A DNA stretch of 64,000 nucleotides from Gammaproteobacteria bacterium. GTDB lineage: Bacteria > Pseudomonadota > Gammaproteobacteria > SG8-11. Below the pieces are notes generated by a model. It was not told where the DNA came from and searched no databases. It saw only the letters and a program-made list of their open reading frames with translations. Location: the NCBI GenBank assembly GCA_031363085.1, contig JANLTU010000245.1, positions 8,500 to 72,499 on the forward strand. Reading direction: 5' to 3'. Made by a program: the position numbers and the translations under genes. Shown here piece after piece: positions 23,517-32,877 of this stretch; the first letter of the stretch is position 1, and the number at the start of each line of letters is the position of its first letter.

Positions 23517-24386
23517 GTGTCCCCTATTTACATCATCGGTTGCGGCGACATTGGCCTGCGAGTCGCGTCACGGTGGCAAGCGCGCGGCGCGTCTGTCCAC
23601 GCATTGGCGCGTAGCGCAGCCAGCACGACGGCGTTGCAAGCGCGCGGCATCGCGGTGCTCAACGGTGATTTGGATCAGCCGGAGAATTTACCGCCCCCTG
23701 CTGCACACAGCATTGTTTATTTCTTCGCGCCGCCGCCGCCGCGTGGCGTGACCGATCCGCGCATGCGCAATTTTCTCGATGCGATTCCCAACGACAGCCT
23801 TCCCGAGCGTGTGGTGTACATCAGCACCAGCGGCGTGTACGGCGACGTGCGCGGCGCGTGGGTCACCGAAGACGCGCCGGTCAACCCCACAGTAGACCGC
23901 AGCCGTCGGCGCCTCGACGCCGAGCAGACGTTACAAACCTGGGCGGGGTGCACCGGCGTGCCGGTGGTGATCCTGCGGGTGCCGGGAATTTATGGCCCGG
24001 GCCGATTGCCGGTTGAAATTGTCAAGTCTGGGCGCCCGATTCTGAGTGAAGCTGAATCGCTGTATACCAACCGCATTCACGCCGATGATCTGGCTAACAT
24101 CTGTGTGGTGGCGGGTGAATCGCACCGCCCGCCCGGTATTTACAATGTCAGCGACGGTCACCCCGGCAGCATGGCGCAGTATTTTAAAGCAGTGGCCGAT
24201 CTGCTCGGCGTGCCGCGACCGTCGGAAGTGGGCATGGACGAAGCCAAGCGTGTGTTGAGTGCGGAGTTGATGTCGTACCTGACCGAATCACGGCGCGTGG
24301 ACAACAGCAAAATGCTGCGTGATCTTGGGGTAGTGCTACAGTTTCCGACGCTGGTGGAAGGACTGCGCAATTGCCGTGAAGCTTAA
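23517..24386 (+). CDS. NAD-dependent epimerase / atypical SDR (YeeZ-like)
   Basis: IIGCGDIG, YISTSGVYG, GIYGPGR, NRIHADDL; GGAGG RBS before GTG 23517. Confidence 0.9.
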   Translation: MSPIYIIGCGDIGLRVASRWQARGASVHALARSAASTTALQARGIAVLNGDLDQPENLPPPAAHSIVYFFAPPPPRGVTDPRMRNFLDAIPNDSLPERVVYISTSGVYGDVRGAWVTEDAPVNPTVDRSRRRLDAEQTLQTWAGCTGVPVVILRVPGIYGPGRLPVEIVKSGRPILSEAESLYTNRIHADDLANICVVAGESHRPPGIYNVSDGHPGSMAQYFKAVADLLGVPRPSEVGMDEAKRVLSAELMSYLTESRRVDNSKMLRDLGVVLQFPTLVEGLRNCREA

Positions 24387-24415
24387 GGTGGGCATTCAGT
24401 ATTTGGCGCCGCTGG

Positions 24416-24721
24416 CTATGGCTTACGTCCCCACACATAGCGCAGGCGTGTCGGGCTAAGAGTCTAATTTGTCAAGCCACACCACGTGCAGGTCGCCGAG
24501 CTCGTCCATCGCAATGCTGGGATGCGATCCTCCCAAGTTACGGCTACAGTGCCGCCGCGCGCTGCAATATTTTTGCGACCGGCGGACTCAAGATGATGGA
24601 GAACCTGCTTGCCCGGTGCGGCCGTGACCTCCAGCGGCATGGTAAAACTCCACGGCGCGGCAACTGCCGCTATAGTCAAGCACAGGCTCGTTAATACGCT
24701 GTAATACATGCGTGCCATCAT
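24416..24721 (-). pseudogene. Internally deleted remnant of a secreted BNR/sialidase-like beta-propeller protein
   Basis: Signal peptide plus N-terminus (HHLESAGRKNIA..VAVTWED), joined through frameshifts to C-terminal-like pieces HPSIAMDELGDLHVVWLD and PTRLRYVWGRKP*. Confidence 0.6.
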
Positions 24722-24771
24722 TTCCTTGGCTGCCATAATTCCATTGGATTTTGCGCAAAATAATTAGACCA

Positions 24772-25467
24772 CTATTCCACCCGCTCACCGAAGATCGCCG
24801 TGCCCACCCGTACCAGGGTTGAGCCTTCGGCAATCGCAGCTTCCAGGTCGTCCGACATGCCCATCGATAAAGTGTCAAGCTCATGGCCCGCATGACATAA
24901 CTGTTGATACAGTTCACGCAACATCCGAAATCCAGCACGCTGCTGCTCGAATTCGGCCTGCGCTGCCGGGATCGTCATCAACCCACGCAAGCGCAAGCGC
25001 GGCAAGCCGCGCAGTGTATGTGCCAGCGCCGCGACCTCCGCCACGCGCACGCCCGACTTGCTGGTCTCGCCGCTCACATTCACTTGAATGCAGACATTCA
25101 GCGGCGGCAGCATCGCCGGTCGCTGCGCATGTAGGCGTTGCGCAATTTTGTCGCGCTCGACACTGTGCACCCAGGCGAAGTGGGTTGCGACCGCGCGCGT
25201 TTTGTTCGACTGCAACGGTCCGATAAAATGCCAGTCGAGCGGCAAGTCGGTGACCGCGCTGATCTTTACCAGCGCCTCTTGCAAGTAGCTTTCGCCGAAG
25301 CGCCGTTGGCCCGCCGCATACGCAGCGCGGATCGCCGTTGCCGGATGGGTTTTGCTGACGGCGAGCAAATCCACCGCACCCGGTGCGCGGCCGAAGCGTT
25401 GTTCGGCCTGCGCGATGCGCGCGCGAACCGCAGCAAGGTGTTGGGCGATGGTGTTCGAGTTAATCAA
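24772..25467 (-). CDS. yggS: PLP homeostasis protein YggS
   Basis: LLAVSKT, FGESYLQE, WHFIGPLQSNK, LSMGMSDD, VRVGTAIFG; start reset to TTG 25467; divergent from pilT. Confidence 0.95.
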   Translation of the reverse strand: MINSNTIAQHLAAVRARIAQAEQRFGRAPGAVDLLAVSKTHPATAIRAAYAAGQRRFGESYLQEALVKISAVTDLPLDWHFIGPLQSNKTRAVATHFAWVHSVERDKIAQRLHAQRPAMLPPLNVCIQVNVSGETSKSGVRVAEVAALAHTLRGLPRLRLRGLMTIPAAQAEFEQQRAGFRMLRELYQQLCHAGHELDTLSMGMSDDLEAAIAEGSTLVRVGTAIFGERVE

Positions 25468-25557
25468 GAGGTGTCCGGGTGCCGTTATAGCGGGAGGTGG
25501 TCGAACCTGCCGCTGTTTGGGCAGCCTGCAAGTACAGAACACGATTATAGGTGACCG

Positions 25558-26595
25558 ATGGATATCGCAGAACTCCTGGCCTTCAGTGTTAAGAACGGTG
25601 CTTCCGATTTGCACCTGTCGGCGGGTGTGCCGCCGATGATTCGCGTCGACGGCGACATGCGCCGCATCAATCTGCCGGCGCTGGATCACAAGACCGTGCA
25701 CGGCTTGATTTACGACATCATGAACGACAAGCAGCGCAAGGACTACGAAGAATTTCTGGAAACCGATTTCTCGTTCGAGATTCCCAGTCTGGCGCGTTTT
25801 CGCGTGAACGCATTCAACCAGAATCGCGGCGCAGGCGCGGTGTTTCGCACCATTCCCACCAACATTCTTACGCTCGAAGAACTCGGCTGTCCGGCGGTAT
25901 TCAAGGAGATTGCCAAGAATCCGCGCGGGCTGGTGCTGGTGACCGGGCCGACCGGTTCGGGCAAATCGACCACGTTGGCGGCGATGGTGAACTTCGTCAA
26001 CGAGAGTGATTACGCGCATATCTTGACCATTGAAGACCCAATTGAATTCGTGCACGAAAGCAAAAAATGTCTGGTCAACCAGCGCGAGGTGCACCGCGAC
26101 ACGCTCGGTTTCGCTGAATCACTGCGCTCGGCCTTGCGCGAAGATCCCGATATCATTCTGGTCGGTGAAATGCGCGACCCGGAAACCATTGGTCTGGCGC
26201 TGACGGCGTCCGAAACCGGTCACTTGGTGTTCGGCACTTTGCACACCAGTTCGGCGGCGAAAACGGTGGACCGCATCATTGACGTGTTCCCGGCGGCGGA
26301 AAAAGAAATGGTGCGCTCGATGCTGTCGGAATCGATGCGCGCGGTGATTTCGCAGACGCTATTGAAAAAAGCCAGCGGCGGCCGCGTGGCCGCGCACGAA
26401 ATCATGGTCGGCACGCCGGCGATTCGTAACCTGATTCGCGAAAACAAAATTCCGCAAATGTATTCGGCGATCCAGACCGGGCAACAATACGGCATGCAAA
26501 CGCTGGATCAGAATCTGGCCGAGCTGGTGAAGAAAGGCGCGGTCAGCAAACAAGAGGCACGCACCAAGGCGGCGAACAAAGATTCCTTTAACTAG
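25558..26595 (+). CDS. pilT: Type IV pilus retraction ATPase PilT
   Basis: ASDLHLSAG, GPTGSGKST, TIEDPIE, AIRNLIRE motif. Confidence 0.98.
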   Translation: MDIAELLAFSVKNGASDLHLSAGVPPMIRVDGDMRRINLPALDHKTVHGLIYDIMNDKQRKDYEEFLETDFSFEIPSLARFRVNAFNQNRGAGAVFRTIPTNILTLEELGCPAVFKEIAKNPRGLVLVTGPTGSGKSTTLAAMVNFVNESDYAHILTIEDPIEFVHESKKCLVNQREVHRDTLGFAESLRSALREDPDIILVGEMRDPETIGLALTASETGHLVFGTLHTSSAAKTVDRIIDVFPAAEKEMVRSMLSESMRAVISQTLLKKASGGRVAAHEIMVGTPAIRNLIRENKIPQMYSAIQTGQQYGMQTLDQNLAELVKKGAVSKQEARTKAANKDSFN

Positions 26596-26688
26596 CAGCC
26601 TGTCGAGCTTAGGACGGCGGGGCTGCAATCAATGGAACTGACTAATGAAAAGACCAGGCCCCGCGTTTGCCGTGCGCGTGTATGAACA

Positions 26689-27828
26689 ATGAATAACGTC
26701 GAAGACTTCCACGCCTTGCTGCGCGCCATGGTCGAGAAGCAGGCATCCGACCTGTTCCTCACCGCCGGCCTGCCGCCGTGTTTGAAAGTTCACGGCAGTC
26801 TGCTGCCGATTGGTATTGAAACGCTCAGCCCCCATCAAGTGCGCGCGCTGGCGTATCAAATCATGAACGACGATCAACGCCACGAATTCGAAACCACCCA
26901 GGAATGTAATTTCGCGCTGTCGGACCCCAGCATCGGCCGCTTTCGCGTCAACGTGTTCGTGCAGAAATACCAAGTCGGCATGGTGCTGCGCAAAATCGAA
27001 ACTAGAATCCCAACGCTCGCCGATTTGCGCGCACCGCCGACGCTCGCTGAGCTGGCGATGAGCAAGCGCGGCTTGATCGTGATCGTCGGCGCCACCGGTT
27101 CGGGTAAGTCCACCACACTGGCGGCCATGATCGGCCACCGCAACCAGAACAGCAGCGGCCACATCATCACCATCGAAGACCCGATTGAGTTCATTCACGA
27201 ACATGTCGGCTGTGTGATCACGCAACGCGAAGTTGGCGTCGACACGCAGTCGTTTGAAAGCGCACTGAAGAACACGCTACGCCAAGCGCCGGATGTCATT
27301 TTGATCGGCGAAATCCGCACTCGCGAGACCATGTCGCACGCGATTGCATTTACCGAGACCGGACACCTGTGTTTTGCAACGCTGCATGCCAACAACGCCA
27401 ACCAAGCGTTGGACCGCATCGTCAACTTCTTCCCCGACGACCGCCGCAACCAATTGCTGCTGGATTTATCGCTCAATCTCAAGGCCGTGGTCGCCCAACA
27501 ACTGGTGCCCACGCCAGATCGTCAGGGCCGCCGCCTCGCGCTGGAAATTTTACTCAACACACCGCTGATGGCGCAGCTCATCCACAAGGGTGAATTCCAC
27601 AAACTCAAGGAAGTGATGAAGAAATCCACCACCCTGGGCATGCAGACCTTCGATCAGGCGCTGCTGCAACTGTACGAAGCCGCAGAAATTTCCTATGACG
27701 ACGCCCTGCACCACGCCGACGCGCCCAACGAGCTGCGCTTATTAGTCAAGCTCGGCAAAGACGGTGGCATCGACAAGCTGCAATCGGCGCTGGACGGAAT
27801 GGAGTTGATTGAGCCGCGCCGCACTTGA
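26689..27828 (+). CDS. pilU: Type IV pilus retraction ATPase PilU
   Basis: ASDLFLTAG, GATGSGKST, HANNANQALDRI, GMQTFDQAL; follows pilT. Confidence 0.93.
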   Translation: MNNVEDFHALLRAMVEKQASDLFLTAGLPPCLKVHGSLLPIGIETLSPHQVRALAYQIMNDDQRHEFETTQECNFALSDPSIGRFRVNVFVQKYQVGMVLRKIETRIPTLADLRAPPTLAELAMSKRGLIVIVGATGSGKSTTLAAMIGHRNQNSSGHIITIEDPIEFIHEHVGCVITQREVGVDTQSFESALKNTLRQAPDVILIGEIRTRETMSHAIAFTETGHLCFATLHANNANQALDRIVNFFPDDRRNQLLLDLSLNLKAVVAQQLVPTPDRQGRRLALEILLNTPLMAQLIHKGEFHKLKEVMKKSTTLGMQTFDQALLQLYEAAEISYDDALHHADAPNELRLLVKLGKDGGIDKLQSALDGMELIEPRRT

Positions 27829-27863
27829 TTTTACGACGAGTGCGGTCCCCTTGAGGCATGGGG

Positions 27864-28316
27864 TTAGGTGTCGTCGGTGCCCAGCGCCACGAATTCGCCT
27901 TCGAGCTGACCGGCAACTTGCCCGGCGTATTCGACAACGCAGGATACCGTGATTCTCGCCCGACCTTTGCGTTTCAACATGCGTGTGAATGACTCCCAGG
28001 CGGCTTCAGTCGCGATGAACGAACGCGCGGTGAACGTGCCCGAGATCGGCAGTGCGTAATGCATGGAGTTGCGCTGAATCACCAGGCGACTTGAAATACT
28101 CAAGCTCGCGAGACGTGTGTGGAGCAGTGACCACGCCGCCAAAATTGCTACCGCTGAGGCACTCCCGCCAAAGACCGTGTCGCGATGATTGATATTGGCA
28201 GCCAAGGGTGCGCTGAGCGTGACGCCTTCGGGTTGCACGCTGACAACCGAAACCTGCATCGCCTTGGACAGCGGGATGTGGTCGTATAAATATTTCTCAA
28301 GTTCGATGCAGTTCAT
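27864..28316 (-). CDS. YiiD C-terminal-type hotdog thioesterase
   Basis: IPLSKAM, APLAANINHRDTVFGGS, GKARI-like KGRARI. Confidence 0.85.
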   Translation of the reverse strand: MNCIELEKYLYDHIPLSKAMQVSVVSVQPEGVTLSAPLAANINHRDTVFGGSASAVAILAAWSLLHTRLASLSISSRLVIQRNSMHYALPISGTFTARSFIATEAAWESFTRMLKRKGRARITVSCVVEYAGQVAGQLEGEFVALGTDDT

Positions 28317-28383
28317 GATGACTCGCTTTGGCCCACAGGATGGGAAAAGGTTGCCTGCGTCGACCCGTCATCGACTTCAAGCG

Positions 28384-28451
28384 GCGCAGCGCTGTGTCCG
28401 CCCTGATCCCACGTACTAAATCGTGGGTTGTCGTGATCGCGAAACAACGCT
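28384..28451 (-). pseudogene. Relics of an older higB-higA toxin-antitoxin pair
   Basis: 28418-28451 encodes ALFRDHDNPRF (intact HigB: ALFRDQDNMRF, 33405-33438); 28384-28413 encodes RGIRADTALR (intact HigA: RGITADTALR, 33004-33033). Confidence 0.75.
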
Positions 28452-28460
28452 CAGAAGCTT

Positions 28461-28529
28461 TTAGCCGAAAACCGCTGACACATCAAACACCGGTCCATCT
28501 ACACACACCTGTTTCATCGCCACACCGGC
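28461..28529 (-). repeat. Third, displaced copy of the pyrK 3' end
   Basis: Encodes AGVAMKQVCVDGPVFDVSAVFG*, versus TGVYMKRVCVDGPVFDAQAVFS* in the intact gene. Confidence 0.88.
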
Positions 28530-28632
28530 GATTTGTAACCTGATTTGCGAAAACAAAATTCCGCTTATCGTCAGGGTCGCCCCCTCCTCGCGCTGGGAAT
28601 TTTACTCAGCTCACCGCTCGTGGCGCAGCTCA
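28521..28632 (+). pseudogene. Relics of duplicated pilT and pilU
   Basis: 28521-28564 matches pilT 26412-26455 at 41/44 nt; 28567-28632 matches pilU 27518-27580 with a 3-nt insertion and substitutions. Confidence 0.88.
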
Positions 28633-28665
28633 GCGGCGGCAAGCCATGCTCAGAAATAATCTGCT

Positions 28666-28682
28666 TTTAATGTTGAGTTAAC
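28666..28682 (+). promoter_or_regulatory. Possible QseB/PmrA-type binding box upstream of the multicopper oxidase
   Basis: TTTAAT-GTTGA-GTTAAC: TTAA direct repeat with 11-bp period. Confidence 0.4.
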
Positions 28683-28797
28683 TTGGACCCAAACCCACAA
28701 GTGTTATCAATGGCTTGCTTCACGTAAACCCTTAGACAGTAGATGCAAATCTGCGACCGGGGCGTGAGGCTATTTTCAACTCTATATAGGTGGGGCC

Positions 28798-30660
28798 ATG
28801 CAGAAAGTCAGAAATTCAAGTGCGGGAATTGCGCTGTTGGTTGTTACAGCGCAGGCATTTCCCGTGTTCGCCGCAGTTCCTTTGGACCCGTTGACGATTC
28901 CTAAATTCGTTACGCCGTTCGAGGTGCCACCGGCGTTCACGCCGATGCTATTGACCGATCCGGTGACGGGAGCAGTCACGAGTCATCTATACCAGATCAG
29001 TGTCACACAGTTTCAGCAACAGGTGCTGCCAGCCGGATTCCCCCAGACAACGGTGTGGGGCTATGGCGGAAACATGGTAGACGCCGCAGGTGTCAAGACC
29101 TACTACCAGCACTTCCCCGCCGCGACCATTAGCGCGACGCGTGGCGTTCCGGTCAATGTTCAGTGGGTGAACAATTTGGTGGACCCTGTTACCGGCGCGC
29201 CGCTTCCGCATTTATTTCCGGTCGACCCGACCCTGCATTGGGCCAATCCGAACAACATGGGCATGCCCATGCCGCCGTTCGCGCCTGAATACTTGGCGGC
29301 GCAGTCGCCGGTGCCCATCGTGACGCATTTGCACGGCGGCGAAGTGGAATCCGCCAGCGATGGAAATACGCAAGCGTGGTTTACGCCGAATCAGGTTTTG
29401 ACTGGGCCGTCGTTTGTGAAATCCCTTTATACCTATCCCAACACACAACCGGCAGCAACGTTGTGGTATCACGACCACACGCTTGGGATTACGCGTCAAA
29501 ACGTGTACGCGGGTCTGGCGGGTTTTTATCTGCTGCGCGATCCGGCCGATGTACTCGCCGCGCAATTGCCGTCCGGGAACTACGACGTTCCGCTCGTCAT
29601 TCAGGACCGTCTGTTCAACACCGACGGCTCACTGAATTTTCCCAGCGTTGGCGTGAATCCGGATATCCACCCGTATTGGTCGCCGGAAACATTCGGCAAC
29701 ACCATCGTCGTTAATGGCAAGACCTGGCCCAACATGAACGTGGAACGCCGCGCCTACCGGTTTCGTCTGTTGAACGGTTCCAATGCGCGGGTTTTCACAC
29801 TGTCGTTGTCCAATGGTAGATGGTTTACCCAGATTGCCTCCGACGGCGGTTATCTACCCGTACCTGCAAGACTGTCGTCGCTGACGCTCGCTCCCGGCGA
29901 GCGCGCCGAAGTCATCATTGATTTCTCTACCATGAATCCCGGCAGAATCATCGTTCGCAATAGCGCTGCTGCGCCGTTTCCTATTGGTGTAGCTGCCGAT
30001 CCGCTGACCGTCGGGCAAGTTATGCAGTTCACGGCGTTGCCCGGCAAGGCCGCAGGTACAAAGATTCCGGCGGTCTTGAATAGGATGCCTGCGCTTACCG
30101 CCAACGCGCCGACGCGCACGCTGACCTTGAACGAAGCGATGGGCCCACTCGGACCGGTTGCGGTGCTGTTGAACGGCCAGATGTATGACAGCGCCATTTC
30201 TGAGTTGCCGCGCGTGGGCGCTACCGAAATCTGGGAAGTCGTTAACACAACGGTGGATATGCATCCCATCCATCTGCATTTAGTGCAATTCCAGGTGCTC
30301 AACCGTCAAGCTTACAATACCGTTGGCTATGCCGCCGCGTGGGATGCCCTGAACGGTGGCGGCATGTTGCCGTTGATGACGCCGACCGTGCCTCTGTCGC
30401 CAGCCGCCTATCTGTTGGGGCCAGTCCAGCTTCCGGCGGCCTCCGAGCGCGGCTGGAAAGACACGGTCCGCATGAATCCTGGCGAAGTGACACGCATCAT
30501 GGTGCGTTATGCGCCGGTTGAGGCGCCAGTGGCGACAACTGTACCGGGTGTGAATCTCTACGCATTCAATCCAAGTGTCGGCCCGGGCTACGTGTGGCAT
30601 TGCCATATCCTGGATCATGAAGACAACGAGATGATGCGGCCGCTGCAAGTTTTGCCGTAA
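28798..30660 (+). CDS. Secreted multicopper oxidase (CotA / bilirubin oxidase-like)
   Basis: Copper motifs THLHG, WYHDH, HPIHLH, WHCHILDHEDNEM; N-terminal signal peptide. Confidence 0.93.
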   Translation: MQKVRNSSAGIALLVVTAQAFPVFAAVPLDPLTIPKFVTPFEVPPAFTPMLLTDPVTGAVTSHLYQISVTQFQQQVLPAGFPQTTVWGYGGNMVDAAGVKTYYQHFPAATISATRGVPVNVQWVNNLVDPVTGAPLPHLFPVDPTLHWANPNNMGMPMPPFAPEYLAAQSPVPIVTHLHGGEVESASDGNTQAWFTPNQVLTGPSFVKSLYTYPNTQPAATLWYHDHTLGITRQNVYAGLAGFYLLRDPADVLAAQLPSGNYDVPLVIQDRLFNTDGSLNFPSVGVNPDIHPYWSPETFGNTIVVNGKTWPNMNVERRAYRFRLLNGSNARVFTLSLSNGRWFTQIASDGGYLPVPARLSSLTLAPGERAEVIIDFSTMNPGRIIVRNSAAAPFPIGVAADPLTVGQVMQFTALPGKAAGTKIPAVLNRMPALTANAPTRTLTLNEAMGPLGPVAVLLNGQMYDSAISELPRVGATEIWEVVNTTVDMHPIHLHLVQFQVLNRQAYNTVGYAAAWDALNGGGMLPLMTPTVPLSPAAYLLGPVQLPAASERGWKDTVRMNPGEVTRIMVRYAPVEAPVATTVPGVNLYAFNPSVGPGYVWHCHILDHEDNEMMRPLQVLP

Positions 30661-30687
30661 CATTGCAGTGCCGAAGTTGATTTATCC

Positions 30688-30720
30688 ATGGGCCACGCTA
30701 ACGTGGCCCATTTTCTTTTT
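30688..30720 (+). terminator. Rho-independent terminator
   Basis: ATGGGCCACG-CTAA-CGTGGCCCAT followed by TTTCTTTTT. Confidence 0.85.
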
Positions 30721-30730
30721 GGGGGTGTAG

Positions 30731-31384
30731 ATGCGTATCTTGGTCGTGGAAGACGACGAGGCGCTGGGGAATGGTGTGCAGACCTGGTTACGTCTCAAAG
30801 GGTACTCCGTCGATTTATTCCGCGACGGTCATGCTGCGCAACAGGCGCTGAAAGCCGTCGCTTACCGCCTAGTGATTTTGGATCTTGGCCTGCCCACCAT
30901 GGACGGTCTGACCTTGCTGCGTTGGATACGGGATCGTGCCGACCTGACACCGGTGATGGTGATCACTGCGCGTGACACATTAAAAGATCGTCTGCGTGGT
31001 CTGGACGGCGGTGCCGATGACTACTTGGTGAAGCCCTTCGAAATGGAAGAGCTTGCCGCGCGTATCCGCGCGCTGGAGCGTCGACTTAACCAGCGCGCCA
31101 GCCCGCTGCTGTGTCACGGCCCGGTGGTACTGGACCCCGCCGCGATGACCGTAGCGCTGGACGGCGCGAAGCTGAACGTCTCGCGCCGCGAGTTCGTGGT
31201 GTTGCGCGAGTTGCTTGAAAACAAGGGGAAACCGGTGTCACGCGATCAACTTGATCACCTGCTCTATGCCTGGGGCGAAGAGGTTGAAAGCAACACCGTC
31301 AGTGTTCACATTCACAATCTGCGCAAGAAACTCGGTGAGAATTTTATCGTTACCCGGCGCGGGTTCGGTTACCTCGTGGTGTAA
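30731..31384 (+). CDS. OmpR-family response regulator (QseB/PmrA-like)
   Basis: MRILVVEDD, LDLGLP, GADDYLVKPF, ESNTVSVHIHNLRKKL. Confidence 0.93.
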   Translation: MRILVVEDDEALGNGVQTWLRLKGYSVDLFRDGHAAQQALKAVAYRLVILDLGLPTMDGLTLLRWIRDRADLTPVMVITARDTLKDRLRGLDGGADDYLVKPFEMEELAARIRALERRLNQRASPLLCHGPVVLDPAAMTVALDGAKLNVSRREFVVLRELLENKGKPVSRDQLDHLLYAWGEEVESNTVSVHIHNLRKKLGENFIVTRRGFGYLVV

Positions 31385-31387
31385 CTC

Positions 31388-32782
31388 ATGCACGTTTCGC
31401 TGCGGCGCCGCTTCCTGACAGTAATGCTGTCTGTGTTCTCAATGGCATGGATCGCCGCAACGGCTGGAATTTATCTCGACAGTTTTCACGAAACTGCGGA
31501 ATTGTTGGACGCGGAATTGCGGCGCACGGCCAGTGTCGTTATGGGAATGAGCCTGCACGAGTTGGAGGAGGAGCTGTTGTCGCGCGGTACCCGCACGCTA
31601 GACATCGCAGGATATGAAAATGTGGTCACCAGCGCTGAGGCGAAGATCGCGTTCCAGGTCTGGCTCGCCAACGGCCAGTTGGCGGTGCGTACCGATAACG
31701 CGCCGCTCACTCCGTTGCCCAGCACGACCGGCGGGTTTGTCGATTCCGCCGTAGGCAACGAATATTGGCGTGTCTACGCGTTGGTCGATGCACGTACCGG
31801 GATTACCGTTCGGGTGGGCGAGCATGAGAGCGTGCGCCATAAAATGTCGAGCGATGTCGCTTTTCGCACGGTGCTGTCGCTGATGGTAATCGTGCCCATC
31901 ATCGGATTGATGACGTGGATCGGCGTTGGCCGCGCAATGGAACCGCTGGGCCGCCTGACCGATCAGGTCGCACGCCGACAGCCCCACGACTTCAGTGCGG
32001 TCGGCCTCAAGGGTTCGCCGCGCGAGATCGAACCGTTAATCAACGCGCTGAACCGGTTGTTCACCTGCCTGAAACTGGCGTTCGAAAATACGCGTCGTTT
32101 CACCGCCGACGCCGCGCACGAACTGCGTACCCCGTTGAGCGCGATGGCGGTGCAAACCGACGTGGCGATACTGGCGACGGATGAGGAAGTGCGTGCTACA
32201 GCATTGAATTATTTGAAGAAATCGATTCGCGACATGACGCAATTAGTGCATCAATTGCTGACCCTCGCGCGCTGGGACGGCAATGTGATCGACCTGCACC
32301 GATGCCTCCTGAATCTTGCCGAGACCGTGCACGCGGTTGTGAGTAAACTGGAAGATCAGGCGCGTGCGCGGGATATCCGCCTTACTGTGACTGTCAGTGC
32401 CGAACCATTGCTGCTGGCGGATGAAACGGCCATCCATCTGGTGGTGCGCAATCTGCTCGACAACGCCATTCGCTATACCCCGGTCGGTGGCCAAGTGAGC
32501 GTGGAGGTTAATGTGGTCGCCGGATACGCTACGCTGCACGTGGCAGACACCGGGCCGGGCATTGCCCCGGAACAGCGTGAGCGGTTATTTCAGCGTTTTT
32601 ACCGCGCAGGACGCAGCGACGGCGGGGGTAGCGGGCTAGGTCTTTCGATCACGCAGCGCTGTATCGAACTGCATCAGGGTACTATCGAAATTGACAGCGC
32701 CGACGGTGGTGGGTTGGCCGTGACGGTGTATCTGCCGCTGCCAAAAACAGGAATCGGCGGACGTCCTTCAGCGAAATCCTGA
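31388..32782 (+). CDS. Sensor histidine kinase (QseC/PmrB-like)
   Basis: Two TM segments, EIFDAQL-like ELLDAEL, H-box ADAAHELRTPL, NLLDNAIRY, DTGPG, GSGLGL. Confidence 0.93.
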   Translation: MHVSLRRRFLTVMLSVFSMAWIAATAGIYLDSFHETAELLDAELRRTASVVMGMSLHELEEELLSRGTRTLDIAGYENVVTSAEAKIAFQVWLANGQLAVRTDNAPLTPLPSTTGGFVDSAVGNEYWRVYALVDARTGITVRVGEHESVRHKMSSDVAFRTVLSLMVIVPIIGLMTWIGVGRAMEPLGRLTDQVARRQPHDFSAVGLKGSPREIEPLINALNRLFTCLKLAFENTRRFTADAAHELRTPLSAMAVQTDVAILATDEEVRATALNYLKKSIRDMTQLVHQLLTLARWDGNVIDLHRCLLNLAETVHAVVSKLEDQARARDIRLTVTVSAEPLLLADETAIHLVVRNLLDNAIRYTPVGGQVSVEVNVVAGYATLHVADTGPGIAPEQRERLFQRFYRAGRSDGGGSGLGLSITQRCIELHQGTIEIDSADGGGLAVTVYLPLPKTGIGGRPSAKS

Positions 32783-32790
32783 AGTAGCGC

Positions 32791-32874
32791 TCACGAAAAT
32801 ACGCTGGCCGCATCAAACACCGGCCCATCCACACACACGCGCTTCATCGCCGCTTCGTGCTCGGTCTTGACTTC
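32791..32874 (-). repeat. Second, displaced copy of the pyrK 3' end (84 bp)
   Basis: Encodes EVKTEHEAAMKRVCVDGPVFDAASVFS*, same length as 33548-33631 (EVKTDTGVYMKRVCVDGPVFDAQAVFS*). Confidence 0.92.
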
Positions 32875-32877
32875 AAG

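Noticed and set aside
25468-26094. Long N-terminal extension of the 440-aa yggS ORF
   Set aside because: It is the antisense shadow of pilT; YggS homology begins near 25467.
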